The notes beneath the pieces are model-generated. The model was not told where the DNA came from and did no database searches. It was given only the letters and a program-made list of their open reading frames with translations. Positions 10,618 through 27,428 of a stretch of DNA of 64,000 nt are shown here, piece after piece. The stretch lies in the sequence record PZ386959.1; one strand, given 5' to 3'. Within the stretch, counting starts at the first letter, position 1, and the number at the start of each line of letters is the position of its first letter. This DNA is from a phage. A program made the position numbers and the translations under genes.

Positions 10618-11016
10618 ATGAAAACAGAATCTAGAGTAATTAATGGTAAGAAAGTAAATATCGTTCTGCTTGGGGCAAGAGATGGTATTAAGATGTCTAT
10701 GAAGTTGGGTAAAATTGTTGTTCCAACCTTTGCACAGATGCTATCAAGTCTGACTGACAAGGGTAAGAAGGAAGCTCCAATGGTTCCATTTAAAGAACTT
10801 GTTGAAGCTTGTTTTGACAGAATTGAAGAAATTAACCTTGAAGAGATGGCTACCCTGTTATTTCAAGGGGCAACTGTTGATAACTTCCCACTTAATATTG
10901 ATACATACTTCCAAGCAAACTATGGTGAATTTATTGATTACTTAGCATTTGCGCTGGAGGCAAACTTCGGAAGTTTTTTCGAAGCAAGCATTTTCAAAAG
11001 CCTAACTTCTCAGTAA
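10618..11016 (+). CDS. tail assembly chaperone (gpG-like)
   Basis: Lies immediately upstream of the tape measure gene; contains the slippery heptamer T_TTT_TTC at 10974-10980 near its 3' end. Confidence 0.5.
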   Translation: MKTESRVINGKKVNIVLLGARDGIKMSMKLGKIVVPTFAQMLSSLTDKGKKEAPMVPFKELVEACFDRIEEINLEEMATLLFQGATVDNFPLNIDTYFQANYGEFIDYLAFALEANFGSFFEASIFKSLTSQ

Positions 11017-11018
11017 AC

Positions 11019-11257
11019 ATGGGTAACACTCTACAGACACCACTAACTGATGCTGCTGTAGAGGCAACCTATGAAGAAGCAGACGAGATGAAATTTGTGC
11101 TTGCTATTTATGGTATGGAAGGGTGTAAAGAAACACTTGACCAACTCTTTGCTATGACATTCTCTGATTTATTATCATTGAGACAATTTCTTGAGATTCA
11201 GAGGTCGTATAAAGAGGAAATTGCTTACAACGAACTTAGAAGAGCAGGAAAAATGTA

Positions 11258-11258
<1 letters not shown>
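11019..11258 (+). CDS. tail assembly chaperone frameshift extension (gpGT-like)
   Basis: Its reading frame is -1 relative to the upstream chaperone and is open from 10938; no convincing Shine-Dalgarno before its own ATG; its stop overlaps the tape measure ATG. Confidence 0.45.
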
Positions 11259-19277
<8,019 letters not shown>

Positions 19278-19279
19278 TA

Positions 19280-20467
19280 ATGGCGGTAGGTGAAATTCAA
19301 ATTAGTGCCTTGCCTCAAGCAGCCTTACCAATTGACCTTAGTGATATCTTCCATCTTAAGCAGGGTATTGAGGATAAGAGATGTACTCTTGAGCAATTAC
19401 TTGCTCCACACTCAAGCCTAAGAAATAACCCTCATGGTGTTACTAAAACACAAATTGGTTTAGATAATGTTATTAATGCTCTTCAGTTAGTTGCTGCAAA
19501 TAACTTATCAGATGTTGTTAATGTAGCTGAGGCAAGAGCAAATCTACAGATTATGTCTTCAGAAGAGGTTAATAACCTTGTTCAACAGCATATTCAGGAC
19601 AAGAGCAACCCACACAATACAACTAAGGCACAGGTAGGGTTGAGCAATGTCCAGAACTGGACAACATCGAACCTTTATAACGAAGATGCAGATAAGTATG
19701 CTACAGCAAGAGCAGTAAATAACTTGTACAAGGCTGTTCAGGCTTCTTATCCAGTAGGTACTATCCATCTTTCTATGAACTCTGCAAACCCTTCTACATA
19801 CTTAATTTGTGGAGGAACTTGGGAGTTAGTTTCAAAAGGTAGAGCATTGGTTGGTTATGACTCTGACACAAGACCAGCAGGTTCTGTATTTGGTGCTTCA
19901 ACTGTTACTTTGTCAGTTAATAACATGCCTCAACATTCACACTCCGTGTCTCTTAGTGGTGGTGGTCATGCTCATAATGCAACTGTGTCAATTTCAGCTT
20001 TTGACTATGGAACTAAGACTACCAACTCTTTTGACTATGGAACTAAGACCACTAACACAACTGGTAACCATAACCATGTTGGTAGTGGGTCAACAAGTTC
20101 TGCTGGTGCTCATAACCACAGATTGACCTATGAATCAGGTGGTGGTTTATCGGAAAGACCTGCAATGGTTTGGTCTTCAAGGAATGACCAATCATGGTAT
20201 TCAGCAGATGCTGTCTGTGAAGTAGCTGGTGCACACACTCACTCTTTCAGTGTTACCACTAACACAACTGGTAACCACAACCATACGGTTGGTATTGGTG
20301 CTCACAGCCACACAGTTGGTATTGGTTCACATACACACAATGGTACTGTAACAGTTTCTTCTTCTGAGCATACGCATAGCGGGAACACTAATAGTGTTGG
20401 TGGTGGACAAGCTTTCAACATTGAGCAGCCATCCTTTGTACTGTATGTATGGCAGAGAACAGCTTAA
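19280..20467 (+). CDS. tail fibre protein with C-terminal His-rich collar-type domain
   Basis: C-terminal region has repeated HxH/HxHxH segments (HSHSVSLSGGGHAHNATVS, NHNHVGSG, AHTHSFSV, AHSHTVGIGSHTHNG) and the ending QAFNIEQPSFVLYVWQRTA typical of phage tail collar domains; contains a 30-nt tandem duplication. Confidence 0.65.
   Translation: MAVGEIQISALPQAALPIDLSDIFHLKQGIEDKRCTLEQLLAPHSSLRNNPHGVTKTQIGLDNVINALQLVAANNLSDVVNVAEARANLQIMSSEEVNNLVQQHIQDKSNPHNTTKAQVGLSNVQNWTTSNLYNEDADKYATARAVNNLYKAVQASYPVGTIHLSMNSANPSTYLICGGTWELVSKGRALVGYDSDTRPAGSVFGASTVTLSVNNMPQHSHSVSLSGGGHAHNATVSISAFDYGTKTTNSFDYGTKTTNTTGNHNHVGSGSTSSAGAHNHRLTYESGGGLSERPAMVWSSRNDQSWYSADAVCEVAGAHTHSFSVTTNTTGNHNHTVGIGAHSHTVGIGSHTHNGTVTVSSSEHTHSGNTNSVGGGQAFNIEQPSFVLYVWQRTA
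19999..20058 (+). repeat. 30-nt tandem duplication inside tail fibre 1
   Basis: TTTTGACTATGGAACTAAGACTACCAACTC followed by TTTTGACTATGGAACTAAGACCACTAACAC, encoding FDYGTKTTNS twice. Confidence 0.8.
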
Positions 20468-20476
20468 TTTCTTTAC

Positions 20477-20497
20477 AGGGGCTTGATAGCCCCTTTT
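20477..20497 (+). terminator. weak hairpin/terminator between the two tail fibre genes
   Basis: Stem GGGGCT / AGCCCC with loop TGAT followed by TTTT; short U-tract. Confidence 0.35.
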
Positions 20498-20513
20498 AAG
20501 AGGAAAATTTATA

Positions 20514-22901
20514 ATGGCAGATTACAAGTTGAGTGAATTAAACTCAATTGATACAATCCGTTCAGACGACCTTCTTCATGTCAGAGTTAAAAAGAGACCT
20601 GAAATGCTGGGTGATGAAGACCGTCGAATGACCTATCAAGACTTCTTAGCATCTTTTAAACTTGAAAGATTTGTTCAGATTGCTGGTAGTACTATGACGG
20701 ATGATTTAGGGATTGTTAAGCTACTTTATGGTGGTAAAGTAGTATTTAACCCAACAGGCTCTTCTGAGATTAATATTGGGGACGTTTTAAAGACTTTTAA
20801 AATTAACGCAAATGGTCTTAAGCTAACTGTTGCAGATGCTTCAAGGTCGGCAACTGTTTATCATACTCTGAATAAGCCAAGCCCTAGTGAGCTTGGGATG
20901 AGAACTAATGAAGAGAATGACACGAGATACTCAAGATTAGCTGCAAATAACACCTTTAGAGGTACTCAAGCTATTCTCTCTGACAATGAAGCCCTTATTG
21001 TTAAGAATATCACACAAGGGATGCCACTCTATATTCGTGGTCAAGATGCAGATGGCACCAACAGATGGTATCTAGGCAATGATAATAAAGGCACAGACAA
21101 CCTTGTTTTAAAAAACGTTAAATCTGGTGCATACGTAGCGATTTTAGCTAACCTAATCTCTGTGAATAAATCAATTCAAATCACTGGTCAAGTTCAACCT
21201 TCTGATTGGACTAACTTAGATGCTAGGTATTTTACTCAGACAGCAGCTAATCAGAGGTTTGCACAGTTAGCTGGTGATAATACCTTTAGAGGCGTGAATA
21301 CATTTAATCAAATCCTATCAATTGAGACGAATAGTGCAGCCTTAAGGTTAAAAAATACTGTAGCTAATGGTGCACTGTACATTAAAGGTGAAAGTAATGA
21401 TGGCTCTGGTAAGTGGTATGTAGGTAATGGTGATAATACACCTGCCGTATTAATTCACAACTATACATATGGGTCTAATCTTAGACTCGACAATGGTTAT
21501 GTTGAGGTTAATAAGCAACTTAAAGTCGTTGGTCAAGTTCAACCTTCTGATTGGACTAACATTGATTCTAGATACATTCCAGCGGCTACTTTGAGTAATC
21601 TTGCTAAACTAAGTGATGTAAACACTTTCAGGTCTGTACAGGTTATCAATCTGAATGGCTCATTATTACAGCTAAAGAACACTACACAAGACAGAGAGCT
21701 ATACTTTGCTGGTCATAATGCTGATGGTGTTAGAAGGTGGTACATTGGTAATGGGGAACCATCCAACCCAACAAGGTTTACTATCCGTAACGACAGAACT
21801 GCAACTACGCTTTATATGCAAGATGATTTCTTGTTGGATAAAAATGTCAGAATTACTGGTCAAGTTCAACCTTCAGATTTCTCTAACTTAGATGCTAGAT
21901 ATTTCTTGAAAACAAAACTATTAAACCAATCTTTAATGACAAGGACAGCTAATAGACTGGATGACCCATCATCATTCAACAAAGATTATTCAGGATTTGT
22001 AAGAAACAACGCTATTGAGCAGGGTCTGAAAGATTTAGCCATCCATGTAGCACATTCTGCTGGTATTGCTCATGCCAGAGGTATCGCTTTTACATATGGG
22101 TCTAAAGGTCTTGATGTCTTCACATACGCTTATGGGTCAGATGGAGCATATGTTGGAGAGGCACAGTTGTATTCAACGGTATTTAAACCAACCCCTTCAG
22201 ATATTGGTGCATACACTAAAGTAGAAACTGACCAGAAAATTGCAACAGCAATTAGTGACTCTACAGACCTTAATAAAATCTATCCAGTAGGCATTGTAAC
22301 GTGGTTTAACAGTAATGTTGACCCTAACACAGCGTTGCCTGGGTTAACTTGGACGTACCTGAACAATGGTGTTGGTAGAACTATCAGAATCGCAGCAGCT
22401 AACGGTTCAGATGTTGCTACAACTGGTGGTTCAGATTCTGTAACATTAGCTGTTGGTAACTTACCATCACACACTCACAGCTTCTCTGCTACCACTTCAT
22501 CTTTTGATTATGGTACGAAGAGCACTAATAGTACTGGTGGTCACACCCACACTGTAAGTGGTACAACAAGTGCTGCGGGTAACCATGCTCACCACTTAGG
22601 TCTGCTATTGGTTAATGGTGGTGATGCTCAGTACGGTTATACCACTATTGGTAACAATAAGACAAGAACTCTTGACTGGCTTGACAGAACTGATAACAAG
22701 TTCCCTAACACTAACACAACTGGTAACCATACACACACATGGTCTGGTACTACAAGCAACACTGGCGCTCACACCCACTCTGTAGGTATTGGTGCTCACA
22801 CCCATACAGTTAGTGGTAACACTGGTAGTACAGGTTCTGGTTCAGCATTTAGTGTTACTAACCAGTTCTATAAGTTAATGGCTTGGGTAAGAACTGCTTA
22901 A
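20514..22901 (+). CDS. tail fibre protein (long), with triplicated internal module and C-terminal His-rich collar-type domain
   Basis: Three copies of a module containing ITGQVQPSDWTNLDARYF / VVGQVQPSDWTNIDSRYI / ITGQVQPSDFSNLDARYF; C-terminus has HTHSFSATT, GGHTHTVSG, NHAHH, AHTHSVGIGAHTHTVSG and ends ...FYKLMAWVRTA. Confidence 0.65.
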   Translation: MADYKLSELNSIDTIRSDDLLHVRVKKRPEMLGDEDRRMTYQDFLASFKLERFVQIAGSTMTDDLGIVKLLYGGKVVFNPTGSSEINIGDVLKTFKINANGLKLTVADASRSATVYHTLNKPSPSELGMRTNEENDTRYSRLAANNTFRGTQAILSDNEALIVKNITQGMPLYIRGQDADGTNRWYLGNDNKGTDNLVLKNVKSGAYVAILANLISVNKSIQITGQVQPSDWTNLDARYFTQTAANQRFAQLAGDNTFRGVNTFNQILSIETNSAALRLKNTVANGALYIKGESNDGSGKWYVGNGDNTPAVLIHNYTYGSNLRLDNGYVEVNKQLKVVGQVQPSDWTNIDSRYIPAATLSNLAKLSDVNTFRSVQVINLNGSLLQLKNTTQDRELYFAGHNADGVRRWYIGNGEPSNPTRFTIRNDRTATTLYMQDDFLLDKNVRITGQVQPSDFSNLDARYFLKTKLLNQSLMTRTANRLDDPSSFNKDYSGFVRNNAIEQGLKDLAIHVAHSAGIAHARGIAFTYGSKGLDVFTYAYGSDGAYVGEAQLYSTVFKPTPSDIGAYTKVETDQKIATAISDSTDLNKIYPVGIVTWFNSNVDPNTALPGLTWTYLNNGVGRTIRIAAANGSDVATTGGSDSVTLAVGNLPSHTHSFSATTSSFDYGTKSTNSTGGHTHTVSGTTSAAGNHAHHLGLLLVNGGDAQYGYTTIGNNKTRTLDWLDRTDNKFPNTNTTGNHTHTWSGTTSNTGAHTHSVGIGAHTHTVSGNTGSTGSGSAFSVTNQFYKLMAWVRTA

Positions 22902-22908
22902 TCCCTTG

Positions 22909-22962
22909 TTGACTGATTGTTAAGATGGTGTTAATATTCTTTATGGGTATTCTCACCATCTT
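22909..22962 (+). promoter_or_regulatory. promoter-like site with a 9-bp inverted repeat spanning the -10 region
   Basis: -35 TTGACT (22909-22914), 17-nt spacer, -10 TAATAT (22932-22937); inverted repeat AAGATGGTG (22922-22930) / CACCATCTT (22954-22962). Confidence 0.35.
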
Positions 22963-22980
22963 GGCTGATGAGGTGATTAA

Positions 22981-23178
22981 ATGCCTACAATCCTAGCAAT
23001 TCTTCTAAAAAATCTAGGTAGCTTCTTCTGGAAACTCATTTTATCCCTTCTAAGTGAATACATGATTGAGAAAGTGTTCTTTAGGCTTGCAAGATACCTT
23101 GCGAGTAAAACAGACACACCTATTGATGATGAGTTCGTAGATAACTTAGAAAAAGCTTTTAAGGGGGAGAATAAATGA
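22981..23178 (+). CDS. small hydrophobic protein (possible membrane protein)
   Basis: 65-aa ORF with a hydrophobic N-terminal half (ILAILLKNLGSFFWKLILSLL); lies after the fibre genes behind a promoter-like site. Confidence 0.35.
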   Translation: MPTILAILLKNLGSFFWKLILSLLSEYMIEKVFFRLARYLASKTDTPIDDEFVDNLEKAFKGENK

Positions 23179-23546
23179 AGTGGCTAGAGGAAGCTTTTAA
23201 AAATAATATTGGTGCAATTGTAGTTGGTATTTTTAGTGTTATTGGGATGTATACCACGATGCAAGTTTCAAGTGGTAAACAAGAAGTGTCTGTCACAACA
23301 AAGTTACAGCAGCTAGATAATTATTCCAAAAGTAACTATTCAGCTATTCGTGATTTACAGTCTGACATGAGACTGATTCAGCTAGGGATGGAGAACCAGA
23401 AAGTTCAGTTAGAGAATGTTAAGGGTGAAAACGCAAAACTTACCAAAACTCTTGATAAATTCTCTGACAGTGTGAATAATCTGGCTCAATCAGTATCAGC
23501 CCTCCAAGCTATTACTGAGAAGAACACAAAGAATACTGAAAAATAA
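23175..23546 (+). CDS. single-pass membrane protein with coiled-coil domain
   Basis: 123-aa ORF with N-terminal transmembrane segment (IGAIVVGIFSVIGMY) followed by a heptad-like Q/L/N-rich region; followed by a bidirectional terminator. Confidence 0.35.
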   Translation: MKWLEEAFKNNIGAIVVGIFSVIGMYTTMQVSSGKQEVSVTTKLQQLDNYSKSNYSAIRDLQSDMRLIQLGMENQKVQLENVKGENAKLTKTLDKFSDSVNNLAQSVSALQAITEKNTKNTEK

Positions 23547-23552
23547 AATTTT

Positions 23553-23580
23553 AAGGCTCCTTTTGACGGGAGCCTTTTTT
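23553..23580. terminator. bidirectional rho-independent terminator between convergent blocks
   Basis: Stem AGGCTCC / GGAGCCT flanked by A-run upstream and TTTTTTGTTTT downstream, so functional in both orientations; sits between ORF 23175-23546 (+) and thyA (-). Confidence 0.65.
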
Positions 23581-23583
23581 GTT

Positions 23584-24483
23584 TTATTTACCTACTGACA
23601 AAGGTGCTTCAATCTTTCCTGCATGTTTGTAGTTGTTGATGCCACCAATAAAGTCACTTGCAGTAAGATGTTTTAAGTCACTTAAGGTGTTAAGTTGTAC
23701 ACCAATCTCAAAAGTAGGTGCATGGAACTCTTCATTGTTCATCAGTTCATAAACCTGCTTCATATGGTTCTGGTAAATCTGAGTATCCCCAAAGACACCT
23801 ATCAAGTATCGTGGAGTGTATCCAGTCATCTTACAAAGAACTTCCAGAATAAAACCATAAGACGCAATATTAAATGGAAGCCCTAAAAAGGTGTCTACAG
23901 AACGCTGATACCATTGCAAGTCAACTTCACCTTCGTTGGTGATATAAATCTGAAACAGAACATGACAAGGTGCTAAAGCCATTGAGTTTGCTGCAATATC
24001 TGCTGCATTCCAAGCATTAACAAGCATGTAACGGTCTGTGATATCACCTTTCATCTTCGTTACTAAGGTTTCTAACTGGTCTACAACACAACCATTATGA
24101 CCTTCAAAGTTTCTCCACTGAACCCCGTAGATTCTCCCACCTGCATCTTCTAACCAGTCTTGCTCAGAAGAATAGTTAGAGCTTAACCAACGTTTAAAAT
24201 CATCTGACCAGATAGTCCAACGTTCTCCATCATTTTCACCCCAAGTGCGATAACGGAGTTCACCAAGTTTATTCTCACCGTTCAGGAACCATAAAGCTTC
24301 CCCAATAACTTGCCGTGTAAACACCTGTTTAGATGTCAATAGTGGAAAACCAGTCCTCATATCAAAACGAAACTGAGGTGGAGCGAATGCAGAGATAACA
24401 TCTCCAGTTCGTGTAGTACGCAGTTCACCGACTGATAAAACATGGTTCAGGATATTTTTATAACTTGAATCTGCTTGTGACAT
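23584..24483 (-). CDS. thyA: thymidylate synthase
   Basis: Conserved ThyA segment ...AWNAADIAANSMALAPCHVLFQIYITNEGEVDLQWYQRSVDTFLGLPFNIASY... including the catalytic Cys motif. Confidence 0.9.
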   Translation of the reverse strand: MSQADSSYKNILNHVLSVGELRTTRTGDVISAFAPPQFRFDMRTGFPLLTSKQVFTRQVIGEALWFLNGENKLGELRYRTWGENDGERWTIWSDDFKRWLSSNYSSEQDWLEDAGGRIYGVQWRNFEGHNGCVVDQLETLVTKMKGDITDRYMLVNAWNAADIAANSMALAPCHVLFQIYITNEGEVDLQWYQRSVDTFLGLPFNIASYGFILEVLCKMTGYTPRYLIGVFGDTQIYQNHMKQVYELMNNEEFHAPTFEIGVQLNTLSDLKHLTASDFIGGINNYKHAGKIEAPLSVGK

Positions 24484-24484
24484 A

Positions 24485-25030
24485 TCAAAAGTGTCCTTTT
24501 ACTTGTGGAACATAAATTTCAAAGGTTGCTTTACCATCCTCTGATGGTTTTGACTGTACCTTTGTAAATACACGGTTATCATACAGCTTCTCAAAGAAGT
24601 TTTCAAAAGGTAAATGCACAGTGGCCTCTTCAGTAACTTTATGGAAGACTGTATGGAACACCACACCAGCATACGGTAAAGCATTGACAAGGACACCTGC
24701 ACCACCAATTACAAAGACATCTTCATCAATAGAGCTATCAAGATACTTCAAAAATGCTCCAAATGACTCTTTACTGGCTTTAGCATACATTACATCATCT
24801 TTGCCAAAGTCTATACCTAAGTATGGTACAGAATTTGTTAAGATGAGGTTTGCACGTTCTGGTAAAGGTTTACTACCCAGAGTCTTAAAAGTCTCATTAC
24901 CCATGACTACTAAGTTATTTTTAGTGAGTCTCTTAAACTCTTGCATGTCCTGTTTATGTCGAGGCCACGGCATACCAGTTGGAGTACCAAACTCTCCATT
25001 TTCACCGCTTGCAAAGATTAATTTAATCAT
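24485..25030 (-). CDS. frd: dihydrofolate reductase
   Basis: N-terminus MIKLIFASGENGEFGTPTGMPWPRHKQDMQEFKRLT resembles phage and bacterial DHFR; immediately upstream of thyA in the same operon. Confidence 0.8.
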   Translation of the reverse strand: MIKLIFASGENGEFGTPTGMPWPRHKQDMQEFKRLTKNNLVVMGNETFKTLGSKPLPERANLILTNSVPYLGIDFGKDDVMYAKASKESFGAFLKYLDSSIDEDVFVIGGAGVLVNALPYAGVVFHTVFHKVTEEATVHLPFENFFEKLYDNRVFTKVQSKPSEDGKATFEIYVPQVKGHF

Positions 25031-25287
25031 TTTGTAAATCCTCTCTTAATGAACCAGTTTATAACATTCTTCACAGCTTTATTACTATGGTAGATTAAGT
25101 GTGGTGTAGGTTGGTATGAACCATAAGCCCAGAATGATAGATGCTCACCGCAACCAACACATGTAGTACTCTCTTCAGCTATGTTCCCATTAACAATCAC
25201 ATGAACTTCACCTTGTAAGTCTGTACACCCACAATGTGGACAGCGGATAGGTGCTCCGTCAGGCTCATAGCAGTGTTCAATTTTCAT
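25027..25287 (-). CDS. small zinc-ribbon protein
   Basis: 86-aa ORF with CPHCGC ... CVGCGEH cysteine pairs. Confidence 0.4.
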   Translation of the reverse strand: MKIEHCYEPDGAPIRCPHCGCTDLQGEVHVIVNGNIAEESTTCVGCGEHLSFWAYGSYQPTPHLIYHSNKAVKNVINWFIKRGFTK

Positions 25288-25803
25288 CTATTTAACCTCA
25301 AAAACTGGCTCAAGAACTAATATAAAGTCTACACAGTCGTCTTCTTCATCCAGAATACCATCAAAATTCTTAGGAACGAAGTCGAAGAGGCTCATTGAGT
25401 AGCGGTCAGAAGTAACCCTGATAGCCCCTCCGATGTTCTCTACAGTTAATATTGTACGACTTTCTTTTACCTCATTCAGAAGATTACTCACAAAATCATC
25501 TAGGAAATACTTCATCAGTGACTTGAAACCTTTAGGGTAATCTGTACCAGAGTATGTTTCAATCTGCGGTACAAGCTTAACATTTATACTAGTCTTTGTT
25601 AAGAACGTTTTAGAGAACATACTATCAGGTAACTTACAAACAGTCTTTCCAGTACCTTCATGCTCAATCTCAACAAAACCAGCTTCATCGCCACATGTAA
25701 CTATTTTAAAAGATGCTTCATTCTCATACTGTGAAGCCATAAACTTTTTAAGCATCTCTTTAAGGAAATCTGCATGAGCATCTTGTAAGTAGATATCAAT
25801 CAT
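25288..25803 (-). CDS. hypothetical protein
   Basis: 171-aa ORF in the minus-strand early block; no motif recognised. Confidence 0.35.
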   Translation of the reverse strand: MIDIYLQDAHADFLKEMLKKFMASQYENEASFKIVTCGDEAGFVEIEHEGTGKTVCKLPDSMFSKTFLTKTSINVKLVPQIETYSGTDYPKGFKSLMKYFLDDFVSNLLNEVKESRTILTVENIGGAIRVTSDRYSMSLFDFVPKNFDGILDEEDDCVDFILVLEPVFEVK

Positions 25804-25816
25804 AGTTAATCACCTA

Positions 25817-26176
25817 TTATGGGAACAGACACTTAATGTCATCGTTTTTAAAAACAAAACTTGTGTAGTTGTGACCATCAACATCCAGCCAGACAGCCTG
25901 AACATCCACACCATCAAGATTGTGGTAAAGCTCTTTGATGAAGTGGTCTTTCACAATCTGACTGCTGGTTGTTTCTAGCTTAATGTTCGAGATTGCTGAA
26001 CCTACAGCCATATAGCCCATGACCCGTTTCTTCTCAGTATGCTTAATCTTACCATCTTTGTAAGCCATAATGAGATTGGAAAGAATTTTTACACCATAAT
26101 ACTTTTCAAGGTGAGTAGGTACACCATAAAAGCCTAATGCGAAGTTTTCAGAGTGGATAATGTTTTCACGTTTCAT
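25817..26176 (-). CDS. hypothetical protein
   Basis: 119-aa ORF; no motif recognised. Confidence 0.35.
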   Translation of the reverse strand: MKRENIIHSENFALGFYGVPTHLEKYYGVKILSNLIMAYKDGKIKHTEKKRVMGYMAVGSAISNIKLETTSSQIVKDHFIKELYHNLDGVDVQAVWLDVDGHNYTSFVFKNDDIKCLFP

Positions 26177-26177
26177 A

Positions 26178-26507
26178 TTAATCTGCCAACCTTAAATTGA
26201 AATTAACACCAAATTTTTCACATACTCCCAACATATACTCAAGGGAGACATTACCAGTGAGATGGATTATGTTGGATACACGAGCCTGAGAGATACCACA
26301 AATTTTAGCAACTTGCTCTTGAGAAAGACCTCTGGATTTAATCTCTCTCTTAAAACGATGTGCAACGAAGTCTCTCATTTCGTCTACATCCATTGGACAA
26401 ATATAACTCTCCATTTCAGCCTCTCTATCAGCCTCCCAATCATCTTGTGGGGCATAAGGGTCAAAAACCTCATTCATCTTTCTTCTTCCGTTTGCGTGAA
26501 GTGTCAA
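26178..26507 (-). CDS. helix-turn-helix DNA-binding protein (XRE-like HTH)
   Basis: C-terminal segment RGLSQEQVAKICGISQARVSNIIHLTGNVSLEYMLGVCEKFGV has the pattern of an XRE-family HTH. Confidence 0.5.
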   Translation of the reverse strand: MTLHANGRRKMNEVFDPYAPQDDWEADREAEMESYICPMDVDEMRDFVAHRFKREIKSRGLSQEQVAKICGISQARVSNIIHLTGNVSLEYMLGVCEKFGVNFNLRLAD

Positions 26508-26682
26508 TCAATGAATCTATGTTTGTAGCCCTAACCTTTTCACGTTCATCATTAAGATAATCATCAAGAGCCTTTTCAATCTGTGAATCATCTTGACAGA
26601 TGACTGTAAAGACTGTAAAGCCGTCTGTATCGTCAATTATCTTACCATAACCGCTTCTGGGATGTAACTTTTTAAGAGCCAT
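26470..26682 (-). CDS. hypothetical small protein
   Basis: 70-aa ORF whose 3' end overlaps the HTH gene start by about 38 nt; real status uncertain. Confidence 0.25.
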   Translation of the reverse strand: MALKKLHPRSGYGKIIDDTDGFTVFTVICQDDSQIEKALDDYLNDEREKVRATNIDSLIDTSRKRKKKDE

Positions 26683-26683
26683 A

Positions 26684-27067
26684 TCAAATACCTGTGCAGC
26701 TTCTGTTTTCTAAGAAATACTCCACACCATACATAGCTTTTTGCATCAAATCTTCTTTAAACTGGATACGATGATTGAGCATAGCCTGTACATCAATATC
26801 ATCAGGGTGCTTCTCTTTAATATTTGCAGATTGCAGGAAATACTCTGCAAGAACACGATACTGATAGTCAGTTACCTTATCAGTCATCTCTGTTAAAGAC
26901 TCTTCAGAGATTGGTTTAAGTAGTTCACCTTTAGATAGGGCAACACCTTTAACAATCTGGCAAGTGTCTTCTGGAACACCTGATAAGTCCACATTTGGAA
27001 GTTCTGTTGCATTGACTGGTAAATTCATTGCCATAACCATTGCAGCAGCTAATAAAATCTTTTTCAT
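26684..27067 (-). CDS. secreted (signal-peptide) protein of unknown function
   Basis: N-terminus MKKILLAAAMVMAMNLPVNA looks like a Sec signal peptide with an AxA-type cleavage site; first gene downstream of intergenic module R1. Confidence 0.45.
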   Translation of the reverse strand: MKKILLAAAMVMAMNLPVNATELPNVDLSGVPEDTCQIVKGVALSKGELLKPISEESLTEMTDKVTDYQYRVLAEYFLQSANIKEKHPDDIDVQAMLNHRIQFKEDLMQKAMYGVEYFLENRSCTGI

Positions 27068-27111
27068 AATGACCTCAAAGTTATATTAAATTTTGTATTA
27101 CATTGAGTATA

Positions 27112-27140
27112 AAAATAAGCTATAACACCTGACTTGTCAA
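27112..27140 (-). promoter_or_regulatory. candidate minus-strand promoter for the secreted-protein gene
   Basis: On the minus strand: -35 TTGACA (plus 27140-27135), 17-nt spacer, -10 TATTTT (plus 27117-27112), about 45 nt upstream of the ATG at 27067; lies in the leader segment shared by modules R1 and R2. Confidence 0.3.
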
Positions 27141-27242
27141 CAGATTTTATAGCTTATTTGGCAGATTTTTTATAAGGCTACTGCCATCCTTCCATACCAC
27201 ACCTCACCCAACCATACCATGCCTTACCAGACCGCACCTTGC

Positions 27243-27316
27243 CTTATTAAAAGACCCTGTTTAAAGACCTTTTAAAAAGGTGAGTCTCATTTTAATGTAG
27301 CTGAGACTAACTACCC
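27243..27316. repeat. conserved 74-nt box, copy 1 (contains hairpin AGTCTCA / TGAGACT)
   Basis: CTTATTAAAAGACCCTGTTTAAAGACCTTTTAAAAAGGTGAGTCTCATTTTAATGTAGCTGAGACTAACTACCC; 73/74 identical to copy 2; a degenerate third copy lies at 27519-27553. Confidence 0.85.
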
Positions 27317-27389
27317 ATACATTACCTCGCCTAACCGCACCCGAATCAACCGGACTAGACCAAGCCCCACTGCACATCACCGAACCAAG

Positions 27390-27428
27390 CATCACTTAAA
27401 AATCCTCTTAGAAGACTCTTAAGTGATG
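27390..27428. repeat. long hairpin, copy 1 (10-bp stem, 19-nt loop)
   Basis: CATCACTTAA-aaatcctcttagaagactc-TTAAGTGATG; the two arms are perfect reverse complements. Confidence 0.8.

Noticed and set aside
19280-22901. Diversity-generating retroelement targeting the tail fibres
   Set aside because: No reverse transcriptase gene and no template-repeat/variable-repeat pair with adenine-specific mismatches; the internal repeats are ordinary module duplications.
26178-26507. Lysogeny module (repressor plus integrase)
   Set aside because: The HTH protein stands alone; I found no integrase, excisionase or attachment-site-like sequence anywhere in the window, and the gene content is that of a lytic phage.
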